Assembly: GCA_958009085.1 (NCBI GenBank)
Contig: OY253674.1
Span: forward strand, 1,178,001-1,242,000
Reading direction: 5' to 3'
Origin: Protoeuglena noctilucae
Lineage: Eukaryota
DNA: 64,000 nt
Shown: positions 49,758 through 61,528 of the stretch, in pieces
How positions within the stretch are numbered: the stretch's first letter is position 1
Layout: every line of letters starts with the position of its first letter
Notes under the pieces: model-generated
Seen by the model: the letters and a program-made list of their open reading frames with translations, nothing else
Told to the model about the DNA's origin: nothing
Database searches by the model: none
Made by a program: the position numbers and the translations under genes

Positions 49758-49987
49758 CGCGAACCGCAGCGCCAGTTGCGCCAGTTGCTATGTCTGACCC
49801 GCGAAGGGGCGCGCGGCGGCTACATCCGCTGAAAGTATGCGTGTCTGGTGTTTATCTGCGAGCGCTCTTGTTGAAGGGACCCGGAGGGGCAGCTGCGAGG
49901 AAGCCTGGGAGTGTTCCGCTAGCCATGCGCATGCTGCAACGTAAATGCGCGGCCTGCGCCGACGATGACGTCCGTGTCTAGAGCGTG

Positions 49988-52900
49988 ATGAGTTCGTCAA
50001 TAAGAGAGGACGACGCGGCGCCGGCCGCGGTGTCCGGCGGCGCAGCGACGCAAGCGGGGAGAGAACCGGGGAGAGCGGGCGCGATGCCCCTCTGGGTGTT
50101 TGCGCTCGCGGCCATCTTCGGAGCGCTCAGTTTGTGGTCGCTGTGGGAGCAGGATATCTGGTGGCAGGTGATGCCGGCACCGTCGTATCGCGCCGCATCG
50201 CTGCGCGGCCAGCGCACTCTGCGTTGTTGGCCCCCCCTACCCGTCTTTCCATCGACGGGGCGGCTGCGAGAGGCCGCCCGGGCCCTTAATCGCTGCCGAT
50301 TCGTTTTATGAACCCTCCGCCGTCCAATGCCGTCGCTCCGGACCCCTCCTCGGCCCGCCATGGCGTGAAAAGGTTTGCCCGGCTCGCCGCTCGCCCCGCA
50401 GATCCGCGCGGGGGAGCACATCCTCGACACCGGGACCATGATCGTCGAAGACGAATGGTCGTACACGGCGAGTCCCCTCCCGCGCCCGCCGTCGCCAGCA
50501 CCTGCCCCGTAAATGCAAAGCGCGCGTCTTTGATGCGTCATTCGCGCCGCCCGCCCTCCCCGCAGGTCACCGGCGTCGAGTGGAAGAACGTGCAATGGCT
50601 ATCCACCATTCCCATCGCCATCGTCTACCGCCTCTTCGACGTCCCCGGCCTCATCGCCCTCCGCGGGGTCACGGCATCTCTCGTGGTGAGGCCATGTCAA
50701 TGGCAATGCTTACAAACGCTGCATAAGCACTGACCTGCTTGCGTTCGCTGACTCTGAGCATGCATGCATCCACCCTCACATTTGTTTTAACTCACAAGTC
50801 ACTCTCCGCACGCTTTCGTTTCATCCGCCACTCCACCCCCGCACCCTCCCCTGCATCTACCTCTCACCTCCTCAACCCTTCCCCCTCCCCCCCAGTTCCT
50901 CGGCCTCGCCCGCACCGCCTTCCGCACCCGCATCCCCGGCCCACCGGGGCCCTGGGACCGATCCGCATGCGCCCTCGTCCCCGCCCTCGCCATGCCCGCC
51001 ATCGCATTCCGCGTCCAGATACGCAGCGAGTTGTTCGTGATCGCCGCACTGGCGTGGACCGCGTCGATGATCGCAGGCGCACCCCCCGCCCCGCCCTCGC
51101 CCCCACCCCCGCCCGCACCAGACGGCGTCAAACTCGCATGGACGCTGCTTGCGGGGTCCACCCCCCCCGCACCCCCACCCGCCCCACGCGCCCCGCCCCG
51201 CCGCCGCCCCGCTCTGCTTGCGCTGTTCGACGGCGCATCGCCACCCGCCCCGCTCCTCCGCACCGCCCTCCCCGCCGCTGCTGCCATCGCCATTGTCGCC
51301 AACCTCCACTTTGGCCTGGTGCCATTCGCGGTGGCACTGGCCGGATCCTGGTGCCTGGGTGACTCTGGATTGACGAATGGGTTTCACCGACTGATGGTGG
51401 CAGCTGCCATGCCACTGGCAGCCGCGCTCAGCCCCCACCCGGTCTACGGGTGAGAGTGTGCGGGGGTATGTGTATGTGTATATGTATGTGTGGTGAAATA
51501 CTTACTTTACATATCTTGACTGCTATGCCCTTTCCATTGCACCTACACACCGACCCAACTACAACCCGACACTCATCCCACCACCATTATTTACAGAACC
51601 CTGCTCCCCCCCCCCAGTCTCCGTTTCATCTGGCACCACGTCTTTTACTTCCACGACAAGCTGCTGTACAACCCCGACCACCAGCGAATGACGTGGGGTG
51701 ACCTGCGCCATGCGCCCCAGACACCCATTCTGGCGGCACTGGCGGTGGCGGCGCTGTTTACCACAAGGCGATCGGACAGGTGAGGAGTAAGCGGGGGGAG
51801 AGAGAGAGGTGCGAATGCATAGCCGTGCCCGCAACCACACCCCAATCACCCACACCACTCCTCATCTCCCACACCCACACCCCTCTCTCTCAGTCCCCGT
51901 GGCTACACGTGCCTCCCCATCACTAACACCCACTCCTCAAATCATTCACTGCCCTCACCCACACCCACACCCACACCCACACCCACACCAACACCCACAC
52001 CCCCTTACTCTCATCTCACTCATTCCAGTCCCCGTGGCTACGCGTGCCTTCCCATCGTCTTTGCCTCCCTCGCCGCCTGGTCCCTGGGGTGCGCAGACCG
52101 CACCCGAGTGCTGCCATTCGCCATCATCTACGCCACGCCACTCGCCACTGCAGCTGCCGTCAGGGTGAGGGAGCGATGGGGTGGGATGCTATGCGATGCG
52201 TCAATCATGGGTGCTCGACAGATGCGTGCATGCCACGAGTGCCATTCACAACACCAAAGACCACACCTCTCTCTTACCTCACCCCATCTCTCCTCTCCTC
52301 TTCTCCCCAGCTGGCACGTGCCATCCAAACCTCATGCACCTCACCCCATCATCTCACCCCACCCCTCCACCCCTCCTCTCCCCACTCAGCTGGCGCGTGC
52401 CATCCAGACCCTTGGCTTGGAAGACCCCTCCGCCCCCTCCGCCCCCGCCCCGCCACCCCGCAAGCCCCCCCGCCACGCCCGCTCCCTCCTTGCCACCCTG
52501 AGGTCGCTGGTTCGAATCCCATCGGCTCACCTGGCCGCCCTTTTCGCCACCGCGCCCCTCCCCTGGGCCGGCATCGTGGAGGCCGTGTCTAGCTACGTCG
52601 CAGTGACCGAGCATCTGCCCAAAGGACTGGTCATCGCACCCCGCGTGTGGCCGGTGGAAACGGTTCGATTCCTCCAGAGGTACCGGGGCAGCGTGCGGCC
52701 CCACATCTACCACACCAACGACTTCGGGGGTTACCTGGTCTACCATCTGCAAGACTACCAGGCGAGTGTGTATGGGGGCGGGGGTGGTTCATGGAGTGGT
52801 GCAAATGGGTATGGGTAACATTAGATATGTTATATGGTTTATAGCAATGATATAATAACACCCACTAACACGACTGCTATTAGGCAATCGCCATGTCTGT

Positions 52901-53267
52901 GCCATATGCCCAGGTGTGGGCGGACACGCGTGAGACGATCTTCAAGGGCCTGGAGGGGTGGTACCTGGGGGCATACAAGTCACCCGACGTGTTCAAGTGA
53001 GAACAGAGACCGGGAATGGTACTGGCATGACTGCGGGTGATCGCACCACTCGCACTCGCACTGACATTTGAAATTCACATCCCCCCCTCCCCACAAACGC
53101 AGCACTGACATTTGAAATTCACATCCCCTCCCATCCCAACCACAGGGACCTGGTGGAGGAGTTTGATGTAAACGTGGTTCTGACGAAGATATCTGGCACT
53201 CAGTTCCTGGGTTACCCGGGGAGGGGGTTCCGGGACGTGCATTCCGAGTACATGGATGAGGACAAGG
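49988..53267 (+). CDS. Multi-pass membrane protein resembling bacterial GT-C-like hypothetical proteins; 3' end lost in the gap
   Basis: Ordered motifs DIWWQIRAGEHILDTG, WKNVQWL, IRSELF, ANLHFG, SPHPVYG, WPVETVRFL, IYHTNDFGGYLVY, VWADTR. Confidence 0.6.
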
Positions 53268-53467
53268 NNNNNNNNNNNNNNNNNNNNNNNNNNNNNNNNN
53301 NNNNNNNNNNNNNNNNNNNNNNNNNNNNNNNNNNNNNNNNNNNNNNNNNNNNNNNNNNNNNNNNNNNNNNNNNNNNNNNNNNNNNNNNNNNNNNNNNNNN
53401 NNNNNNNNNNNNNNNNNNNNNNNNNNNNNNNNNNNNNNNNNNNNNNNNNNNNNNNNNNNNNNNNNNN
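53268..53467. other. Assembly gap (200 N)
   Basis: Run of N between two convergent, truncated genes. Confidence 1.
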
Positions 53468-56400
53468 TTCACCTCCTCACGCAAACGCGACACGTGGCCC
53501 TCCAACTCCGCCACGCGACGAGACAGCTGCGGGGGTGGTGAGGGGGCGATATATGGGAGGGTGTTTATTATTATAATGAAAGCACCGATGATAGCACAGG
53601 GCAGACGCGACTGACTGGATGCAGTGGATGAGATCATGACATGGGCTTGACAGCAGCATTGCAGTTGTTATGACTATGTCATAAACACCCCGTTCCCATG
53701 CCCACACCCCCTTCCCCCCCTCACCTCCCCCACCCTTATCTCCGCCCTCTCCCTCTCCCCCACCGCCCCTCTCCGCCGCCCCCCTCGCCTCCCCCCACCC
53801 CCTCTCCGCAGCTTGCAATGCCTGGCTCAGCCTGGATGACTCGCGGCCCCACAACGCCTCCGCCTCCGCCCACGCCTGGTCCCTGAGAGAGGGACAGGGG
53901 GGTCGAGTCAATGATGATTGATGCTTATGGATGATTGATGATGGATCTGTCACAACACATGCACCGACATAAACCTAAACTAAGTATCGACAAACACCGC
54001 ACGCATCCCTGCGTGTCGGATGACCATCACCGCACCGTGCATGCATCGCATACTCACCATGCCCACAAGACATTCAAAGCCACAAACAAACAACCCTCAC
54101 CTGTCCGCCAGTGCCCCCTGCAGTCTCTCCACCTCCTTCGCCATCTCCCTCGTCGCCTCTGCCACTGCATCCGCATCCGCACCCGCACCCGCCCCCTCCG
54201 CCCGTGCCTCTGCCTCACGCAGTGCTGACCGCAGCTCTGCCACCTCCCTCTGCCAAGCATCCTCTGCCTGCCACGACGCAGCGCTGGGGGGGAGCGGTAG
54301 GTGAGGGGGAGGTGAGGGTGGCAATGGGGGTGGCAGTGGGGGTGGCAGTGGGGATGGTGATATAGGGTAACTGTGACCACCAACCACTCCACTGTCCTCT
54401 CTCTCTCTCATCTCACCGCACTTGTCCCCATCTCCGCCACCACTCTCTCCCTCTCCCTTTCCACCACCGCAGCCCTCGCCTCCGCCTCTGCTGCCCTCTG
54501 CTGCGCCACACGCGCCCTCTCCCTCTCCGCATCCAACAACGCACGCAGCTGAGAGGGGGAGCATGGAATGGGATATGATCATGGCATTGTTATTGATCAT
54601 CTACATAGATGGTTATTAATGGCGATACGGCCCCTCTCTTAACTCCCCCACCACTCTCCCCCACCCCCAATCTCTCACCTCCCCCACTTCCCTCTCCCTC
54701 CCCACCGCCCCGCCGCCGCCTCCCTCGCCCTCTCCACCTCTGCTTTCATCGCAGACAGCTCTGACGCCGCACGCTGGTCGGCAGCACGCTTGAACTCCAC
54801 CATCTGTGGAAAGAGGGAGTAACGGACAGCGATAACAACAGTAAGCTGCCATGAGATACGATAGTTAGTAACTATCGCAGGTATGGGATCATAACAACTG
54901 GCTAAATTGACATCGGGATTGAAACATACTTTCTACACAGCCACCCCATCCCCCTCACCTCTCTCATCGACTGCTTCAGTCTCTTGTACTTCCCTCCACC
55001 TCACCAATCGACGCCTCTCCGCCTCCCACCCCGCAACCGCCACCGCACGCCCACCGCCATCACTCCCACCCTCACCAGCCCCATTCCCATGCACACCACT
55101 TGCACCGCCCTCCCTCTTGCTGCCAGCCCCGCCGCTCCTCTCGCCCCCATCCCCATCCGCACCCGCACCCACTGCCACCCCACCACTCTCTCGCATCGGT
55201 GTGGGTGGCTCTGCGTCTGTTGACTCGGCAGCCTGGGGTGGTGCGCGTGTGGGAGATGGGGAGGGAGCCTGCGTGTGCAGATAGATAGGAGAGCAGTGCT
55301 GAGTGTGGCGGGAGGAGTGGATGGCATAGCCTAGCCACAACCCCACTCCCTCACCCTCACTGCCGCAGCCGCTCTCACTGTCACCCACCCCACTCTCACC
55401 TCCCCCTTCAGCCCCACCACAGCCACTCTCACTCCCACTCAACCCACTCTCACCTCCCCCTTCACCCCCACCGCTGCCGCCGCCACTTTTGCCTCCAGCG
55501 CCGCAATCACCGCCGCCTGACGCTCCACCTCCTCCTCCAGCACACGGACCTGATAGGGAGGGTGTTAGAACAGTGTGATGGTTTGTCCAAACTCAATTGC
55601 ACGCACAAAGCATCGCCCCGCCCATCTTCACTCACACCCCAACCCTTCCTGCCCATCCCCCCACAGCACTCATTCCCTACAGCACCCTACATACCCCCAC
55701 CCAACCACACACACCCCCACTCCCACCTCGTTCCTCCTCTTCTCCGCCGCTGCCCTCGCCATCTCCTCGTTCACCTCCCCCAGCCGCGCCACCTCCGCAC
55801 GCAGACCGGCCGCCTCCACGGCAAGCCTCTCCAGCTGACCCTCACGGGCAGCGATGACGCGGTCACGGTCCGCGAGAGCTAGTGAGAGACGGGACACCTC
55901 CTCAGCGACACTTGCGACGTGCACAGTACCTACACCATGCCCGCTGCTGCTGTCCCCTTGCGCAGTGCTACTCCCGGCCCCATCTGCCACCACACTCCCG
56001 GCCCCATCTGCCACCCCACTCCCGGCCCCTTCCGTCTCCCTCGCCACCTCGCTTGCACCCGCATCCACCTCCACCTCCAACTCCACCTCCACTCCCGCAC
56101 CCTCATCTGCACCAAGCCCCTGTGCACCCGCACCCGCACCCTCATCCGCACCCAGCCTCTGTGCACCCTCTCCCCCCTCAAACCCTAGCCTTGAGTCGCC
56201 GCTCACTTCGCCCTCGCCCTCACTCCCCTCCATCTCTCTGCCCCCCGTCGCACTCGCACCTCCCTCCCGCTCCTCTCCGCTCACCCCACCCCACCCATCC
56301 TCTATATTTCCACCCATCCCGACACCCGCCACCTCGGCCCCTTCCCACCCCTCCCCATCTCCCGCAGTGCTCTGCCCCACCTCACTCTCCACCCCACCCT

Positions 56401-56767
56401 CGCCACCTCGCGCACTCGCCGCCCCACTCACACTCCCGCTCTCCAACCCCATGCCACCACCACCCCGCACACTCGCCGCCCTTCTCACACTCCCACTCTC
56501 CACCACCGCGCCACCCACACCACCCCCCACACCCACACTCCCACTCCCGCCCCCGTCGCCCCCCCTCCCCCGCTCCTCCCTCCTCCGCTCCCTGGCCGCT
56601 CGTTGCGCCTGCACCGGGTCACCCCGGTCCCATATCTCCTTCAGCCCCTTCAATCCCCCCCACAGCCCCGCCAGCGCCTGCCTCCCGCCCCCCTCCACCC
56701 ACCCCTTGCCATGCCCACCCCCGCCATCCCCGCCCGCCCCAGCCCCCTCGCGTGGCCCCGCCTGCAT
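53468..56767 (-). CDS. Coiled-coil golgin, TMF1/GC5-like; 3' end lost in the gap
   Basis: Low-complexity N-terminus then coiled coil; EDAWQREVAELRSALREAEARAE..VAEATREMAKEVERLQ..DQAWAEAE resembles the GC5/TMF1 conserved block. Confidence 0.6.
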
Positions 56768-56889
56768 CCGTGAGACGCCAATTGATTGATGGACTCAAAC
56801 ACCTCTCGTTGCTGTCACTGGTGTGTCAAGCAGAGCAGTGTGGCTGGCGATGCTCGCGTAACAGTGAGGGACCGTCGGGACAGTGCAGG

Positions 56890-57587
56890 TCACGCGTTGG
56901 GGGGCGTCACGAGCACTCGGGGTGCTTTCAGAAAGGCGAGCTTCTCTCTGCGAAGGGCGTCGATGACGAGGCGTGGGGAACAGTGACAGGGATCGAGGGA
57001 GGAAGGAAGGCACTGGTGGCGATGGCAGTGTGGGTAGCCACGACTGCGACAGTCATGGACAGCAACAGCCGGTGGCAGAGACAGCTCAATTATAGAATAG
57101 TCACAACGTCGCTGTGCACAACTCCACATCCCTGCCCATCCCATCCCATCCCATAGCACCAACGCGCCCTCACCGCAGCACGGCCCGGGCCACCAGTTGC
57201 GGTCCCCCCGGGCCCTCCACGCGCTCCAGCACCAGCAGCGGCCGGGACAGCGGCGCCGTGCCACCCTTCAGCTCGTGCCGCCCGATCACCAGCGTCGCGG
57301 GGGCGACGCCCTTGGCTCCCCGGGGACCCAGGCGACCCGCCCCGACCTCCAGGGACTCGGCCGCGGCCCTCGCGCGCTGCTCCGGGCCCAGCTCCAGCTC
57401 CCCTTGAAGTTCCAGCAGGCACTGCGGGGGCGGAAAAGAGGAGCGCGATGCCGGCGGGGCGTGGAGGGCAGGCCACGCGCCGCGCAGCAGAGCGGGCAGC
57501 GTCCTGCGCCGCCCGCGGCGAGGCGAGGAGCGCGCTGTTCACCCACTCAGGCAAGGGACCGGGGTTCTTGACGACCGGCAAGATCAT
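56890..57587 (-). CDS. CTF8: Chromosome transmission fidelity protein 8, 3 exons
   Basis: MILPVVKNPGPLPEW|CLLELQGELE..LVIGRHELKGGTAPLSRPLLVL..VARAVL|REKLAFLKAP. Confidence 0.85.
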
Positions 57588-58172
57588 CGCGATTCCAGGT
57601 GCAGGAGCACAGCGTGGCGCGCCGGATGCGGATGTCCCACCCCAGCGCGGCGCGGGTGGCGACGCAAACGCTCCAGCGATGCGCGAGGGTGAGAATGTGC
57701 AGCCAGGGAATGGCCGTATGGATGCCAGGAGCGCGTCCGAATGCATGCACGCGCAATGTCAGACTTGAGGTCTGTCCGTCTCACGGGTTCGTCTACGGGG
57801 AAATCAGGGGACTCCGCTGCAGCCACTACATCTCATGTGTGTCGTAGGCAGTCGTGTGGAGCCGATAAAGAAAAAAACACTTTGTCCTAGGCTCTGCGCT
57901 CAAAAGCAACCAGTCTGCAGCGTCGCGAGACTTCCGGTATGCCGTGCATATGAAGATATGATGTTTAATAGCGTTTGAGCGCGTGTAGCTCCCATCGTGT
58001 CCAGCGAAACACTCTCTACAGCCCGTGCATGATGGGCTGCGCGCTGTCGTCCCGAATCGCGTCCGATGGGTGAGTCATCTGGACCTACTGACGGGCTGTA
58101 GGCGCGCGCCCGACCTCTCGCTTCCCGTGCGCGGAGATCCCCGCCAAGGATCTCGAGCAGCGGCCGCGTCGC

Positions 58173-60694
58173 ATGGCGGGCCCCGACAGCGTGCGAGAAC
58201 TATCGAGCGACGAATTGCAATCACTTGTGGCCGCCGACGCTGTCGCCTGCCGCTCAGAGTCCCGGGAGCGAGGGCTTGCTTTCTAACTGGCAGCCGTGCA
58301 CCGCCTTTTCCGCAGGAGTGGTAGGCATTCTAGCTTTAAAGACTCGCGCACGTTTACTTCTGGGGAGCGGTCGGTCGTTACAAGCCCCGAGCCGGCCGGG
58401 AGAGCCCAGGCAAGGAGGGACGGCGGCACTCGGCTGTGCTGCCCCGTTGTCGCGCGCCCCCGGCCTGCGCCCGGGGCAGATTCGTGGGCGTCGTGGTCAA
58501 AGGTTCTGGCTGCCGGCCTCGCGTAACCATCGCTGCGTCGCGTGGCCGCAGGCGCCCGCCGCCGCGAGCCACTCGCAGGGGACCGAGCGCGTCTCCATCG
58601 GCGACCGGCCGACTCCTGAGAACGCCGACGTCGATCGCGTACGCGAGCTGCATCCCGAGGGACCGCAGAGCTCTTGCGAAGGCCCTGGCCCGGGGCCGGA
58701 GTCCGGGCCAGCGGCAGTTAGCTTGCTCCGAATGTTTGCGGAAGACATCTCCCCCTGCCCGGCGGACGCGGGCCCGTCGAGTGCTCCTCATGCCCTCCTG
58801 GACACGCCGATGGGGTCGCTCATCAACGCGCGCCTCGCCGCGCTCTTAGGTGCGTGCCGGCAAGGAACGTCGTCTGATTCGACTCTCGCGCGCGCGCCGC
58901 CCCGCGCCGGCCCGCTCCAGCCCAAAATGTGGTGATTCTCCCACTTGTTTCGCGTCTCTCCGCTCTCGCAGGCACGCCGGGGCCGGGAGCGATCGTAGGC
59001 CTCGCGTCGAGCCCGTGCCAACGCGAGGCGGTGTGGCAGGAGCTGGTGCGCAAGGCGGGGACCGGGGACGAGGGCGTGGCGTACCTCCACTTGCTCTGGG
59101 GCATGGCCGCGGGGCAGCTGCGGGACGTGCACCTGGGATCTCTGCCCCCGGGCCTCGAGGCCCTCATCAACGCCCACCTCTCCCGGTGAGCCATGCACGC
59201 GCCCTCACGCAGCCACGCATTTAACACCGAGGATATCGGATATGAATAAGCTCTGCTGACCCTTTGCATCCTCGGCTCCCCCGGCACTCTCCCCAAACCA
59301 CCTGAGCTCGCACCTCATACCAACCCCACCCACCCCGCCCCCGCAGTGCGTTGGCGCCCCTCGCGGACCGCGAGGCCTCCGCGGCGCGCCGCGCCCTCGC
59401 CGCCCTCGCCGCGGCCGCGGAGCCTTTGTCAGAGTCCGACGTAGCAGCGGTGGTGGCGGTCCCAGACCCCCCCGCCTCCCCCGCCCCCTCCCACGCCCGC
59501 TCCGCCACCGTCGGCATCCCCGCCTCCGCCTGCGCCGCCAGCGACGCCTCGGGTCCCGGCATCTTTGTCCGCCTGCGCCGCTCCCTCGCCGACCGCCTCA
59601 GCGACGCAGACGCGGGCCCCTCGACCGCGGATAAGGCCGACGCCGACCACGCGCTCCCCTCCGCCCGCTTCCACGCCGTGCCGCCCCCCTCGGAGGCCGC
59701 CGACGCCTTCGCCGCCCTGTCGCCGCTCTTCGTCCGCGCCACTGCGGCCGGCGCGTCGCTGGTGGTGCCGACGCACGACGCCGTGGTGCGGTGCCTGCGC
59801 GCCGCATGGCCCGGCCCGGACCTCACCGCCACCGCCGTCCTCGCCCTCTTGCCCCCGCCGCCGCACCAGTGGGGCGCGCCTGGGCCCAGCCCCTCCCCGG
59901 ACCAGCCCAGTGATGTGACGTGGGACCCCAAGTCACTCCCTGCCTGCAACGGCCACCTGGAGCACACCCGCACCTGGCCGCGGCTGCTGCTGGCGAGTGC
60001 CCCGGAGGCCTGGGTCCCATGCGCGGCGGCGGGGGGGGTGGGTCTCTCGGCACGCGTGGGCGCGTATGGCGCCACCTACGCATTGCACCATGCGATGGCA
60101 TTGCTGGCGGAGTTGGACCCACTCCACGTCGGCGACAGCGAGCCGGGGTCCGGCGCACCCACGCCCTCGTACGGCGTGGCGCTGGGGGCCGCGGCGCTGG
60201 GGGAAGGGGACCCGCAGTCGCAATGGCAGTTGCATGCGCACTTGCAGCTGCCGTCCCAGACGCCCGCCCCCGCGCCGGGCCAGGCCGCGCCGCCACCCCC
60301 CGGCAGCCCCGGTGGCCCCGCGGGTCGCCGCCGCCAGCGCGCGTGCGGGCGCGTGCTGGAGTGGCTGGAGGCGGTGGCGACCAGCCTGGAGGCGGTGCAG
60401 GCGGCAGCCGAGCAGCGGTGCCTGCCGCGTCTGGCCCGGGACATGCACCGCGCGCAGCGGTGGCTGCAGCGGCACGGGCGCAGCGGCGGGGCGGCGCGGG
60501 CGGCGTCGGGCGCGGCGTGGCTGGCCGGGTGCGCCTCTCAGCTGGACGGGTCGGTGCGTGCCACGGTGCGCGCGGCTCTGTCCGCGGATGACGACACGTG
60601 GGTGTACCGGGCGGGGGAGCGGTGGGCGGCCGCACTGCCGGGGGAGGGCAGGGCGTTGGCCACCCCCAGCCGCCCCAGCCTCGCCTGCGCGTGA
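58173..60694 (+). CDS. Hypothetical protein; start uncertain
   Basis: Exons approx. 58972-59186 and 59348-60694 with plausible splice sites and a long open frame; no recognisable family. Confidence 0.45.
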
Positions 60695-61528
60695 CGGGAC
60701 ACTGCGTCTGTCTCTGCACCACCCGCCATCACCCGCGCTAGCAACTCAACTACCGCCGCCGTGCAGCAGTGTCGATGCCGACTCCTATCACCACCTCGCT
60801 ACCGGGCCCTCTGCCCCCGCCATATGCCCGCCAGCACCGCCTGGCACGCGACCGCATACCGCATCGCATCGCATCTTAGGGGCAACTGCCCCCATCTCAT
60901 CCCATCCCATCCCATCCAGTCTTGTTTCTGAGCCTCGCTCTGCCTCGTTCCCGTTTCAGCCCTCGTTGTGCCCCCCAGCCACCCCTACCATTGGGGCGCG
61001 CGTGGGTGGGCACTCACCCAGACCGATGCCGTCGGTCCTAGAGAGAGAGAGACTCCTTAGCAGCTACCATACCTGAAGACGTCTAGAGGCACCCCATTGA
61101 TCATGTCCCTGTATATGTCCGTCTTATGTGCGAGCAAGCGCAGCCGCTCATGACCGCCCCCACGCCCTGCTCCGGACATGTGGAGTTGCTGTTAGGCCCT
61201 CTGACTGAAGTGGTCGGCTTGGGGTGGATGCGGTCGGGAGTGCATAGCAGAGGGCTGCATCGTCCGCTGGTCTCTGTCCGCCTCTGTTCGCCTTTTCTGC
61301 GCCTGCGGTGCCGCCGCCGCTTGAGGCGCGGGGTTGAAAGCACATTGAGCATAGTTATACAAACCATGTTACGAGACATGGTGTGACCAGAGAGAGCGAA
61401 GTCATGTGAAGTGACACTGTGTTCTCATTCAAACTAGACTAACTAAGCAATCGTATGTCAACAGCTGGAGTCTCCACCGCTATCTCAACCACACACCCCC
61501 CCTCACTCCCTCATTACGACCTAATCCA

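Noticed and set aside
55854..57156. Long Pro/Ser/His-rich plus-strand ORFs resembling extensins
   Set aside because: They are the antisense of the G-rich golgin exon; stop codons are rare in such low-complexity DNA.
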